Shown here: piece by piece, positions 9,645-18,588 of the stretch
Position numbering within the stretch: position 1 is the stretch's first letter
Layout of the letters: the number at the start of each line of letters is the position of its first letter
Assembly: GCA_965225945.1 (NCBI GenBank)
Contig: CBDDBZ010000006.1
Location: 1 to 33,223 of the forward strand
DNA from: Alphaproteobacteria bacterium
GTDB lineage: Bacteria > Pseudomonadota > Alphaproteobacteria > GCA-2731375
DNA: 33,223 nt
Reading direction: 5' to 3'
The notes under the pieces: generated by a model
Told to the model about the DNA's origin: nothing
Seen by the model: the letters and a program-made list of their open reading frames with translations, nothing else
The model's database searches: none
Position numbers and translations under genes: made by a program

Positions 9645-10394
9645 ATGCGCGCGGTACTGGTGACGGGCGCCGGGCGCCGGATCGGGCGCGCCATCGCGCT
9701 CGCGCTGGCGGAGGACGGCTGGGCGGTCGCGCTGCATTACAACCGCTCAGGCAACGCCGCGCGTGATGGCGTGGGCGAGATCGAGGCCGCCGGCGGCCGG
9801 GCCGTGGCGCTGTCCGCCGATCTGGCCGATGTCGAGGCCACCGAGACCCTGGTGCCGGCGGCGCGGGCGGCCTTCGGCCGCCTCGATGCCGTGGTCAACA
9901 ACGCCTCGCTGTTTGAACAGGACAAGGCGACGGATTTCGATCCCATGCTTTTCGACCTGCACATGGCGATCAACGCCCGGGCGCCCGCGCTGCTCACCCG
10001 CGATCTCGCCAACGCGCTACCCGGCGACGGCACCGGTTGCGTGGTCAACGTCCTCGACCAGAAGCTCTGGAACATGAACCCGGACTTCCTCTCCTATACG
10101 ATCTCCAAGGTGGCCCTTCTGGGCTTCACCCGGACCATGGCGATGGCCCTCGACCCGAGGCTCCGGGTCTGCGGCGTGGCGCCCGGCCTGACGCTGCCCA
10201 GCGGCGGTCAGACGCAAGCCCACTTCGAGGCGATCCACGAGCGGACGCCGCTCGGGCGCGGCAGCACGCCCGCCGACGTCGCGGCGGCGGTGCGCTTCGT
10301 CCTCGCCTCGCCCGCCCTCAACGGCGTCACGGTGATGGTCGACGGCGGTCAGCACTTGGACGCCAGCCCGTTCGACGTTCTGTTTCCGCCCTAG
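9645..10394 (+). CDS. SDR oxidoreductase, pteridine reductase/FolM-like
   Basis: TGAGRRIG (Arg-containing pteridine-reductase variant), NNAS, YTISK, VDGG. Directly upstream of folB. Confidence 0.85.
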   Translation: MRAVLVTGAGRRIGRAIALALAEDGWAVALHYNRSGNAARDGVGEIEAAGGRAVALSADLADVEATETLVPAARAAFGRLDAVVNNASLFEQDKATDFDPMLFDLHMAINARAPALLTRDLANALPGDGTGCVVNVLDQKLWNMNPDFLSYTISKVALLGFTRTMAMALDPRLRVCGVAPGLTLPSGGQTQAHFEAIHERTPLGRGSTPADVAAAVRFVLASPALNGVTVMVDGGQHLDASPFDVLFPP

Positions 10395-10420
10395 GGGATG
10401 AAATACAACATATGGTACCC
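10391..10420 (+). repeat. Solo terminal repeat of family A element
   Basis: CTAGGGGATGAAATACAACATATGGTACCC is 28/30 identical to 2800-2829. Its TAG is the SDR stop codon. Confidence 0.85.
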
Positions 10421-10421
10421 G

Positions 10422-10841
10422 ATGAACGAGAATGATCTTCATGCCCGCCTGCTGGCTCCCGGTCTCGTCGGCGACGTGCTCGAAAGCCGCCGCATCTTCA
10501 TTCGCGGCCTGGTGCTCGACCTGCAAATCGGCGTCCATGCGCACGAGCAGGTGCGCGCCCAGAAAGTCGCGATCGACGTCGAGCTCTATCTGGAGCCGGG
10601 CCCACCGCCGGTCCGCGACGCCTTGGTGGAGGTGCTGGACTACGACCAGGTCCGCGAGCGGGTCCGGGAAGTGGCCCTGGCCGAGCGCGTCAAGCTGCAG
10701 GAGACGCTGGTCGAGAGGATCGCCGAGGTCTGCCTCGCGATGGACGGCGTCCGGGGTGTGCGGATCGCCACGGAAAAACTGGAGGTCTTCGAGGACGCGC
10801 GCGGCGTCGGCTACGAGCTGGTTCGGCTGAAGGCCGAATAG
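10422..10841 (+). CDS. folB: Dihydroneopterin aldolase
   Basis: RIFIRGL...IGVHAHE...Q.V.IDV.L, VLDY, LQETLVERIA, EKLEVF, GVG motifs. Alternative in-frame ATG at 10398 inside the repeat. Confidence 0.88.
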   Translation: MNENDLHARLLAPGLVGDVLESRRIFIRGLVLDLQIGVHAHEQVRAQKVAIDVELYLEPGPPPVRDALVEVLDYDQVRERVREVALAERVKLQETLVERIAEVCLAMDGVRGVRIATEKLEVFEDARGVGYELVRLKAE

Positions 10842-10963
10842 TCGACCGGCGCCACCGGCCAGTAGCCGTCCCCGGTTGCGTGCCCGGGGAACGTCTGGCA
10901 GAAGGGACCGCGCACCGGCGCCGGCGCGGCATTTCGGTAATTTCCACGGATCGAGGGAAAGCG

Positions 10964-11866
10964 ATGGCGACGATCGTGCGTAAGGCGGTGTTTCCCGTCG
11001 GCGGTCTCGGCACCCGTTTTCTGCCGGCGACCAAGGCGATCCCGAAGGAGATGCTACCGGTCGTCGACAAGCCGCTGATCCAATACGCGGTGGAGGAAGC
11101 GGCGGCGGCCGGAATCGAGCAGTTCATCTTCGTCACCGGCCGGGGCAAGACCGCGATCGAGGACCATTTCGATCACTCACATTTGCTGATGGCGACGCTG
11201 GCGGAGCAAAATCGCAACGACCTGATCGAACTCGCCGAGGGTTGGCTCCCGGGGCCGGGGCAGGTGGCCTACGCGCGGCAGATGTCGCCGCTCGGCCTCG
11301 GCCATGCGGTCTGGTGCGCCCGAAACCTCGTGGGCGACGAGCCCTTCGCGGTGATTCTGGCCGACGATCTGGTGCTGGCGGAGACGCCGGTGATGTCGCA
11401 GATGATGGCGGCGCATGGCGAAGTCGGCGGTAACTTGGTCGCGGTCATGGACGTCGCGCGCGAGGAGACTCGGCGTTATGGCATCTTGGCTGTCGGCCGT
11501 GACGACGGCAGGCTCGTCGAGGTCGAGGGGCTGGTCGAGAAGCCGGCGCCGGAGGTAGCGCCCTCGACCCTCTCGATCATCGGGCGCTATATCCTGGCGC
11601 CCGAGGTCTTCGTCGAGCTCGAGAGGATGGAACGGGGCGCCGGCGGCGAAATCCAGTTGACCGACGCGATGGCCCGCCTGATCGGGCGCATGCCGTTCCA
11701 TGGGCTCCGCTACGAGGGGCGGCGGTTCGACTGCGGCGACAAGCTCGGCTATCTGGAAGCGACGGTGGCGTTCGCCCTGGCGAGAGACGATCTGGGGCCC
11801 GGCCTGGCGGCCTATCTCGACGCCCTGCCGAGCGCTTCCGGCGGGAAGGCCAGCGGGAGGGAATGA
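10964..11866 (+). CDS. galU: UTP--glucose-1-phosphate uridylyltransferase
   Basis: KAVFPVGGLGTRFLPATKAIPKEMLPVVDKPLIQY, LGLGHAVWCA, VEKP, GEIQLTDA, FDCG.K.G. Confidence 0.96.
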   Translation: MATIVRKAVFPVGGLGTRFLPATKAIPKEMLPVVDKPLIQYAVEEAAAAGIEQFIFVTGRGKTAIEDHFDHSHLLMATLAEQNRNDLIELAEGWLPGPGQVAYARQMSPLGLGHAVWCARNLVGDEPFAVILADDLVLAETPVMSQMMAAHGEVGGNLVAVMDVAREETRRYGILAVGRDDGRLVEVEGLVEKPAPEVAPSTLSIIGRYILAPEVFVELERMERGAGGEIQLTDAMARLIGRMPFHGLRYEGRRFDCGDKLGYLEATVAFALARDDLGPGLAAYLDALPSASGGKASGRE

Positions 11867-11870
11867 GTCT

Positions 11871-13205
11871 ATGCGTGTGGCGATGATCGGCAGCGGCTAT
11901 ATCGGCCTCGTCTCCGGCGTCTGCTTCTCGGAATTTGGCCATCACGTCACCTGCGTCGACAAGGACGCAAACCGCATCGCCCAACTGCAAGCCGGCCAGG
12001 TGCCGATTTACGAGCCTGGTCTAGAGCTGTTGTTGGCGAAGAACGTCAAGGCGGGGCGGCTCGAATTCAGCACGGATTTGACCGCCGCGGTGGCGGCGGC
12101 CGAGGCCGTGTTCATTGCCGTCGGCACGCCGAGCCGGCGGGGCGACGGCCAGGCCGACCTGAGCTATGTGATGGCGGCGGCGGAGGAGATCGCGCTCGCG
12201 CTCGACGGCCCGACGGTGGTGCTGACCAAGTCGACCGTGCCCGTCGGCACCGGGGCCGAGATCGAGCGGCGCATCCGCGCGGCCCGCCCCGAGGCGGCGG
12301 TCGAGGTCGCCTCCAACCCGGAATTCCTGCGCGAGGGCGCGGCGATCGAGGATTTTCTGCGTCCCGATCGGATCGTCGTCGGCGCCGAGAGCGAACGGGC
12401 CCGGGAGGTCGCGCGGGAACTCTATCGCCCGCTGTTCCTGAACGAGACGCCGGTTCTCTTCACCAGCCGCGAGACGGCGGAAATGACCAAATACGCGGCC
12501 AACGCCTTCCTCGCGACCAAGATCAGCTTCATCAACGAGATCGCCGATCTGTGCGAACGGATCGGCGGCAACGTACAGGAGGTCGCGCGCGGCATCGGCC
12601 TCGATGGGCGAATCGGGTCGAAGTTCCTGCACGCGGGGCCGGGCTACGGCGGTAGTTGCTTTCCCAAGGACACCCGCGCGTTGCTGCAAACCGCGCGCGA
12701 GGCCGGCGCGCCGCTCAGGATCGTCGCGGCGGTCGAGGCGGTCAACGAGGCGCGCAAGGCGGCGATGGCCGAAAGGGTGGCCGAGGCCGTTGGCGGCGAT
12801 CTCGCGGGCAAGACCGCGGCGGTGCTGGGCCTCACCTTCAAGCCCAACACCGATGACATGCGGGAGGCGCCGAGCCTGGAGATCGTGCCGGCATTGATCC
12901 GGGCGGGGGCGACGGTCCGGGCCTACGATCCCAGGGGAATGGCGCTGGCGCGTCAACTCCTCGCCGACGTGGCGTGGTGCGACGACGCCTACGCGGCCGC
13001 CGACGGCGCCGACGTCCTGATCATCATCACCGAGTGGAACGAGTTCCGCGCGCTCGATCTCGATCGGGTGAAGACCTTGTTGCGCGAGCCGGTGATCGTC
13101 GACCTGCGCAACATCTACCGGCCGGAGGACATGGCGGCGCGGGGTTTTCGTTACCTCTCCATCGGTCGCCGAGGGGACGGACATGCGAACACCAGGCACG
13201 GGTAG
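11871..13205 (+). CDS. ugd: UDP-glucose 6-dehydrogenase
   Basis: IGSGYIGLVSG, PIYEPGL, AVGTP, KSTVPVGT, SNPEFLREG, GYGGSCFPKD (catalytic Cys), GLTFKPNTDDMRE. Confidence 0.95.
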   Translation: MRVAMIGSGYIGLVSGVCFSEFGHHVTCVDKDANRIAQLQAGQVPIYEPGLELLLAKNVKAGRLEFSTDLTAAVAAAEAVFIAVGTPSRRGDGQADLSYVMAAAEEIALALDGPTVVLTKSTVPVGTGAEIERRIRAARPEAAVEVASNPEFLREGAAIEDFLRPDRIVVGAESERAREVARELYRPLFLNETPVLFTSRETAEMTKYAANAFLATKISFINEIADLCERIGGNVQEVARGIGLDGRIGSKFLHAGPGYGGSCFPKDTRALLQTAREAGAPLRIVAAVEAVNEARKAAMAERVAEAVGGDLAGKTAAVLGLTFKPNTDDMREAPSLEIVPALIRAGATVRAYDPRGMALARQLLADVAWCDDAYAAADGADVLIIITEWNEFRALDLDRVKTLLREPVIVDLRNIYRPEDMAARGFRYLSIGRRGDGHANTRHG

Positions 13206-13234
13206 GGCCGGCTCGCCCGCGTGCGCGAACTCGA

Positions 13235-13255
13235 CTAGTGGATGAAATCCACTAG
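13235..13255. repeat. 21-bp palindrome CTAGTGGAT-GAA-ATCCACTAG (collapsed family A)
   Basis: Exact reverse complement of 7832-7852. Its first 17 nt are identical to the left end of the 2800-3069 element. Confidence 0.85.
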
Positions 13256-13294
13256 GATCGGTTTTGAACGGGCAATCGAGGAAAGGGCACCCGC

Positions 13295-14995
13295 ATGGCT
13301 TACGACCTCGTGATCAAGAACGGCATGGTGATCGACGGCTCCGCCATGGCGCGCTATCGGGCCGACGTCGGCGTCAGGGGAGGCCGTATCGCGCGCATCG
13401 GGCGCATCGCCGAGCCGGCCAGCCGAGTGATCGACGCCGAGGGCCATATCGTGGCGCCCGGCTTCGTCGACGGGCACACCCACATGGATGCGCAGATCTT
13501 CTGGGACGAACTCGGCAGTTGCTCTTGCTATCACGGTGTCACCACGGTCGTGATGGGGAACTGCGGCTTCACCTTGGCGCCGTGTCGCGAAGCGGAGATC
13601 GACTTCGTCTTCCGCAACCTAGAGCGGGCGGAAGACATCTCGCGCGACGCGATGCTGGCCGGCATCGAGTGGCGCTGGGAGACCTATCCCGAGTTCATGG
13701 ACGTGCTCGACACGCTGCCCAAGGGCATCAACTACGCCGGCTACATCGGCCATTCGGCGCTCCGCACCCATGTGATGGGGGAGCGCGCCTTCGAGCAGGA
13801 GGCGAGCGAGGACGATCTCCGCGAGATGGCCCGCCAGGTGCGCGAAGCGGTGGCGGCCGGCGCCCTCGGTTTCTCGACCTCGCGCAGCCCCAGCCATCGG
13901 ACCTCCGACGACCGCCCGGTGGCGAGCCGTGTCGCGGCCTTCTGCGAAGTCCAGGCGATCGTGCGCGCTATGGGCGAGATGGGGGCCGGCATCTTCCAGC
14001 TCGCCATGGAGCGGGGCGATACGGAAAAAATGAAGCGGATTTACGGTGAACTGGTGGCGCTCTCCGCCGAGACCGGCCGCCCGATCACTTTCGGCAGCCT
14101 CGGCCGGCGGGACCACCCCGGCCAGTGGCGGGAGCTCTACGACATCATCGAGGAGGGCAATCGCTCGGGCGCCAACATCTTCACCCAGGTCCACAGCCGC
14201 GAGATCAACTCGATCCTCTCCTTCGAAACCTCGACCCCGTTCGACCGTTGGGACGTCTGGCGCGAGGTCCGGGCCTTGCCGCTGGAGGAGCAGAAGGCGG
14301 CGCTCCGAGATCCCGAGACCCGGGCCAAGCTGATCGAGGTGGCGAGCCGGCCTCACGAGGGTCCCGCCGCGGTCGGTGCCGAGGCCCGGCCGCCGGAGTG
14401 GGACATATTCTATGTCATGGACCAAGTGGCCCTGCCGCACCGGCCGCTGGCCGACATTGCCGCCGAGCGCGGCGTGGCGCCGGTCGAGGCGATGATCGAC
14501 CTGGCGTTGGAGCGCGACCTCAAGTGCTTCTTCCGCCAGCCGCTGGCGAACGAGAACCAGGAGGACGCGCTGGCGCTGATGCGCAATCCGTATTCCTGCG
14601 TCACCTTCTCGGATTCGGGCGCGCACGTCTCGCAGATCATGGACAGCTCGCTGCAGACCCATCTGCTGAGCCATTGGGTCCGCGACCGGGAGGCCTTTAC
14701 GCTGGAAGAGGCGATCCGCCTCATCACCTACGATACCGCGACCCGTTGGGGCTTCCACGATCGCGGCCTGCTGCGCGAGGGACTGGTCGCCGACATCGTG
14801 GTGCTGGACGGCGACGCCGTGGCGCCCCGGATGCCGGAGGTGGTGCACGACCTGCCGGCGGGCGCCCGGCGCCTGAAGCAGTATGCCGACGGCATCAAGG
14901 CGACGGTGGTCGCCGGCGAGATCGCCCTGGTGGACAACGAGCCGACCGGCGCGCGCGCCGGCAAGCTGCTGCGAGGCCCGCTCGCCGCCGCCTGA
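13295..14995 (+). CDS. N-acyl-D-amino-acid deacylase family amidohydrolase
   Basis: YDLVIKNGMVIDGS, VAPGFVDGHTHMD, HGVTTVVMGNCG, SDSGAH, DRGLLREG..ADIVV. Confidence 0.9.
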   Translation: MAYDLVIKNGMVIDGSAMARYRADVGVRGGRIARIGRIAEPASRVIDAEGHIVAPGFVDGHTHMDAQIFWDELGSCSCYHGVTTVVMGNCGFTLAPCREAEIDFVFRNLERAEDISRDAMLAGIEWRWETYPEFMDVLDTLPKGINYAGYIGHSALRTHVMGERAFEQEASEDDLREMARQVREAVAAGALGFSTSRSPSHRTSDDRPVASRVAAFCEVQAIVRAMGEMGAGIFQLAMERGDTEKMKRIYGELVALSAETGRPITFGSLGRRDHPGQWRELYDIIEEGNRSGANIFTQVHSREINSILSFETSTPFDRWDVWREVRALPLEEQKAALRDPETRAKLIEVASRPHEGPAAVGAEARPPEWDIFYVMDQVALPHRPLADIAAERGVAPVEAMIDLALERDLKCFFRQPLANENQEDALALMRNPYSCVTFSDSGAHVSQIMDSSLQTHLLSHWVRDREAFTLEEAIRLITYDTATRWGFHDRGLLREGLVADIVVLDGDAVAPRMPEVVHDLPAGARRLKQYADGIKATVVAGEIALVDNEPTGARAGKLLRGPLAAA

Positions 14996-15035
14996 GAGGC
15001 TGTCTCGAAAGTTCCCGATGCAAGCTTGAATCGCT

Positions 15036-15056
15036 TTAGTGGATTCTATCCACTGG
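15036..15056. repeat. Degenerate 21-bp family A palindrome (TTAGTGGAT-TCT-ATCCACTGG)
   Basis: Same AGTGGAT-N3-ATCCACT core as 7832 and 13235. Confidence 0.75.
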
Positions 15057-15111
15057 GCGCTCGGCGATTGCACACGTGCTATAAGGCGGGCGAATTTTCC
15101 GAGGAGGCTCC

Positions 15112-16320
15112 ATGTCCTGCATCCCCGGTGCCGACAAGGCGTTCCAGAATTTGATGAACTGGTCGTCCCGCGACGATTGGCGGGAACCGCGGCAACAAAT
15201 CTTCGACGCGCATATCGCAACAATCCTGGATCGGTTCGATCTCGACGACGACGAGCTCGCCGAATTCCTGGGCGACGAGAATTACACCGCGCTGTTGAAC
15301 TTCGCGATCGAGGATTTCGTCGCCGGCCGCTTCGGCGACGAAGATCGCAACATCATCGACGACTACCTGAAGCGCCGCGGCTGGCGCGAATCGGCCCCGG
15401 GAAAGCGCTATCTCCGGGCCTTGCGCGACGCCTGGCCCAGCCTCTACGAGGTGGTGGAGGTGAACCCCGGCCGGAACTTGGTGGTGAAGGATCTGATCGA
15501 CGGCGGCCCGACCCTGACCCTCGACGACAAGCTCGCCTCGAGTGCCGCCGCGCCCGGCGATCGCATCGCGACCCGGGTCGTCACCGTTAACAAGAAGCGC
15601 TACCTGAGCGACGTGGTGTTGACCTTCTCGCGCCAGGGCGCCGAGGAGGTTCTGGTCGAGCTCGCCGAGTCGAAGTCCGCGATCGGGGAAGGTTCGGAAG
15701 CGGAGGCCGAACGCGCCGCGGCGGACGAGGACTCGGGCGAGGACAAAAGGCGCAAGTTTCTCCTCTTCGCGCGCCCTTGTATTCTCACCCTTGCCTGGGT
15801 CGAAGATGTCGTCGACGGCACGACCTTCTCACCGTTCGAGGCCAGCGAGCCGGATGGCGGCGAATTCGGTCTCATCCAGGTCCGTTTCCCGTTGCGGGGA
15901 GACCTCGACGAGATCGAGGACCGTCTCGACGAATGCTTCGAACTCGATCGCGACAGCCTGGAAGACTTGAGCTGGACCTGGGTCCCCTGCGAGGAAGACG
16001 ATGACGATGACGAGGGCGTACTGACGGCGGAGGAATGGGAGCAAGCCGATAGAATCCTCGAGGCGGATTTGGACGGGGAAGACGATCTGGCGGACGAGGC
16101 ATGGGAGGACGAGGCGGCATGGGAGCCAGGAGAGCGCTTGCCGCTCGCCAACATCGTGCTGGAGGACGGTACGCTCTATCTGAACGTCAACTTCGAGCAG
16201 CTGGCGGAGCGCGGTCGCGACATGTTGGCGAAGCTCCTCGACGATCTCGTCGGACCGCCGGTGATCGACACCGTCTCGCTCGAACAGCTCTTGGCCAAGG
16301 CCGAAAGGAGATTGCACTGA
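15112..16320 (+). CDS. Hypothetical protein with highly acidic C-terminal half
   Basis: 402-aa ORF with GAGGAGG RBS and coding-like composition; Asp/Glu-rich tracts such as EEDDDDDE. No catalytic motif recognised. Confidence 0.8.
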   Translation: MSCIPGADKAFQNLMNWSSRDDWREPRQQIFDAHIATILDRFDLDDDELAEFLGDENYTALLNFAIEDFVAGRFGDEDRNIIDDYLKRRGWRESAPGKRYLRALRDAWPSLYEVVEVNPGRNLVVKDLIDGGPTLTLDDKLASSAAAPGDRIATRVVTVNKKRYLSDVVLTFSRQGAEEVLVELAESKSAIGEGSEAEAERAAADEDSGEDKRRKFLLFARPCILTLAWVEDVVDGTTFSPFEASEPDGGEFGLIQVRFPLRGDLDEIEDRLDECFELDRDSLEDLSWTWVPCEEDDDDDEGVLTAEEWEQADRILEADLDGEDDLADEAWEDEAAWEPGERLPLANIVLEDGTLYLNVNFEQLAERGRDMLAKLLDDLVGPPVIDTVSLEQLLAKAERRLH

Positions 16321-16419
16321 TCTTACCGAGTCACGAATTCCGGTGAAAATTTCGGAAATAGAGCGCTTCAGGTTTGAAGCGAATCGCCGGGCCACCTGCT
16401 CCCGACAAGGGTTGGACGC

Positions 16420-17637
16420 ATGAGCCTGTTTCGCTACCGCGCCATCGCCGCCAACGGCGACGCCGTCCAGGGTGAGATGGAAGCGGCGAGCCAAGGCGCG
16501 GTGATCGAGCGGCTGCGCGCCATGGGCCACACGCCCGTGGCCGCCGACGAGGTCGCCGGCGCTGGCGGGAGCTGGCTGACGCGCGACCTGCTGGCCGGCG
16601 GACGCGTCAAGGCGAACGACATCGCGCTGCTGACGGGCGAGCTCGCGACCCTGCTCAGGGCCGGCCTGCCGCTGGCCCAGGGGCTCCAGATCCTGATCGA
16701 GGTCAGCGACAAGCCGCGCGTCGCCAAGCTGCTGCGCGACCTCCTGGCGCGGGTCCGCGACGGCGCCTCGCTGGCCGACGCGATGGCCGCCTCGGGCGAC
16801 CGGATTCCGCGCATGCACGTCAGCATCGTCCGCGCCGGGGAGGCCGGCGGCACCCTCGATGTCGTGCTCGATCGTCTGGCCGGCTACATGGAGAAGGCGC
16901 GCGCGCTTCGCGAAGGCGTCAAGTCGGCGCTGATCTATCCGCTGATCCTGCTGGTCCTGGCGGCGGCGACGATCATCTTGCTGGTGACTTTCGTGGTTCC
17001 GGAATTCCAGCCGCTGTTCGAGGAGGCGGGACAGGACCTGCCGCTGGCGACGCGGGTCGTGGTCGCTCTCGCCGACCTGGTCGGGAACTATTGGTGGGCG
17101 ATCTTGTTGCTGGGCCTCCTTGCCTTCCTGGCCTTCCGCCTCAACCATGCCAGCGCCGCCGGCCGGATGCGCTGGGACGCACTCCTCCTCCGCCTGCCGC
17201 TCGCGGGCACCTTGGTCACGCGGCTGGAGGTCGCGCGCTTCTGCCGCACCCTCTCGGCCCTACTCGCCAGCGGCGTGCCACTGTTGTCGGCGCTGGGAAT
17301 CGTCAAGGACACGTTGGAAAACGCGGTGATGGTCGCCGCCCTCGACGAGGTCGTCTCCGGCGCCCCGGAGGGTCGGGGACTGTCGGAACCGCTGCTCGCG
17401 ACCGGCGTCTTTCCCTCGATGGCAATCCAGCTCATCCGGGTCGGCGAGGAGACCGGCGCCCTCGACGACATGCTCTCCAAGGTCGCCGACATCTACGACG
17501 AGGAGGTCCGCCGCGCCGTCGAGCGGATGATGCGGCTGCTGACGCCGCTGTTGACGATTGCTCTCGGCCTCTTGATCGCCGGCATCATCGGATCGATCCT
17601 GGTGGCCATACTAGGCATCAGCCAGCTGGTGATCTAG
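16420..17637 (+). CDS. gspF: Type II secretion inner-membrane platform protein F
   Basis: FRYRA...G.MEA, ELATLLRAGLPL, AGEAGG.L..VL.RLA, SALIYP, VVPEF, LLASGVPLL.AL, VGEETG.LD.ML; three TM segments. Confidence 0.95.
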   Translation: MSLFRYRAIAANGDAVQGEMEAASQGAVIERLRAMGHTPVAADEVAGAGGSWLTRDLLAGGRVKANDIALLTGELATLLRAGLPLAQGLQILIEVSDKPRVAKLLRDLLARVRDGASLADAMAASGDRIPRMHVSIVRAGEAGGTLDVVLDRLAGYMEKARALREGVKSALIYPLILLVLAAATIILLVTFVVPEFQPLFEEAGQDLPLATRVVVALADLVGNYWWAILLLGLLAFLAFRLNHASAAGRMRWDALLLRLPLAGTLVTRLEVARFCRTLSALLASGVPLLSALGIVKDTLENAVMVAALDEVVSGAPEGRGLSEPLLATGVFPSMAIQLIRVGEETGALDDMLSKVADIYDEEVRRAVERMMRLLTPLLTIALGLLIAGIIGSILVAILGISQLVI

Positions 17638-17654
17638 GGGATAGAATCCACTGG
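17634..17654. repeat. Degenerate 21-bp family A palindrome (CTAGGGGAT-AGA-ATCCACTGG)
   Basis: Same core as the other copies. Its TAG is the gspF stop codon. Confidence 0.75.
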
Positions 17655-17669
17655 CCGGAGAGGGAAACC

Positions 17670-18125
17670 ATGTCGCTCGAGCGAGCTTGCGGAACGCCGA
17701 GAGCCAGGCGATCGCCCCGAAAGCGGAACGGCTTCACCCCGGTCGAGGTCCTGGTGGTGCTCGGCATCCTGACCTTCCTGGCGCTGATCGTGGTGCCGCA
17801 GGTGATCGGCTATCTAGGTCGGGCGAAGACCGACACGGCACGGCTGGAAATCGAAAATATCGCCGCCGCGCTCGATTTCTATCGCCTCGACGTCGGCGTC
17901 TATCCGAGCCAGGAACAAGGCCTGGCGGCGCTGATCGAGGCGCCGGCCGACGCACCGGGATGGCGCGGGCCCTACATCAAGAAGGCCGCGGCGATCGACG
18001 ATCCTTGGCAGCGCGCCTATCGCTATCGAATTCCGGGGGAACATGGCGAATTCGATCTCTTCACTCTGGGCGCGGACGATGCGCCCGGCGGCGAGGACGA
18101 GGACCAGGACGTCGGCGACCGGTAG
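17670..18125 (+). CDS. gspG: Type II secretion major pseudopilin G
   Basis: NG|FTPVEVLVV prepilin site, ALDFYRLDVG.YPS.EQGL.AL, W.GPY, DPW...Y.Y..PGEHG.FDLF.LGAD..PGGE. ATG 17670 follows GGAGAGGG. Confidence 0.93.
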   Translation: MSLERACGTPRARRSPRKRNGFTPVEVLVVLGILTFLALIVVPQVIGYLGRAKTDTARLEIENIAAALDFYRLDVGVYPSQEQGLAALIEAPADAPGWRGPYIKKAAAIDDPWQRAYRYRIPGEHGEFDLFTLGADDAPGGEDEDQDVGDR

Positions 18126-18129
18126 GGCG

Positions 18130-18588
18130 ATGCGGCGCAACGGCTTCACGCTCGTCGAGCTGCTGGTGGTCCTGGCGATCGCCGGGCTGATCGTCGGCCT
18201 CGCCTCGCCGCTGGTCACGCGCGGCTTTCCGGGCGTGAAGCTCGACACCGCCGCCAGCACCGTGGCGCAAGCCCTCCGCCAGGCCCGGAGCGCCGCCATC
18301 ACCCGGAACGCCGAGGTCGTCTTCCACCTCGACGTGGAGGCGCGCGCGCTTCGGGTCGGGACAAGCGGGCGGGCGAAGACGCTGCCGGAGGACATCGGCC
18401 TGCGCTTCCTCGTCGGCGACCAGGAAGTGGTCGGCGAGACGACGGGCGGCATCCGCTTCTATCCCGACGGCAGCTCGACCGGCGGCCGGGTCCACCTGGC
18501 GCTTGGCGGACGGGCCTATCGCGTCGAGGTCGATTGGCTGACTGGCCGGATCAGGGTCGAAGGACCGGAAGACGACGATGCGTCGTAA
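18130..18588 (+). CDS. gspH: Minor pseudopilin H
   Basis: MRRNG|FTLVELLVVLAI, AR..AI, IRFYPDGSSTGG, V.VDWLTGRI. Confidence 0.92.
   Translation: MRRNGFTLVELLVVLAIAGLIVGLASPLVTRGFPGVKLDTAASTVAQALRQARSAAITRNAEVVFHLDVEARALRVGTSGRAKTLPEDIGLRFLVGDQEVVGETTGGIRFYPDGSSTGGRVHLALGGRAYRVEVDWLTGRIRVEGPEDDDAS

Noticed and set aside
17091-17669. ORF-track extensions of gspG, and similarly ugd (11700), gspC/N (21049) and MFS (31389)
   Set aside because: They overlap upstream genes in other frames; starts were reassigned using RBS, stop/start coupling and family N-termini.
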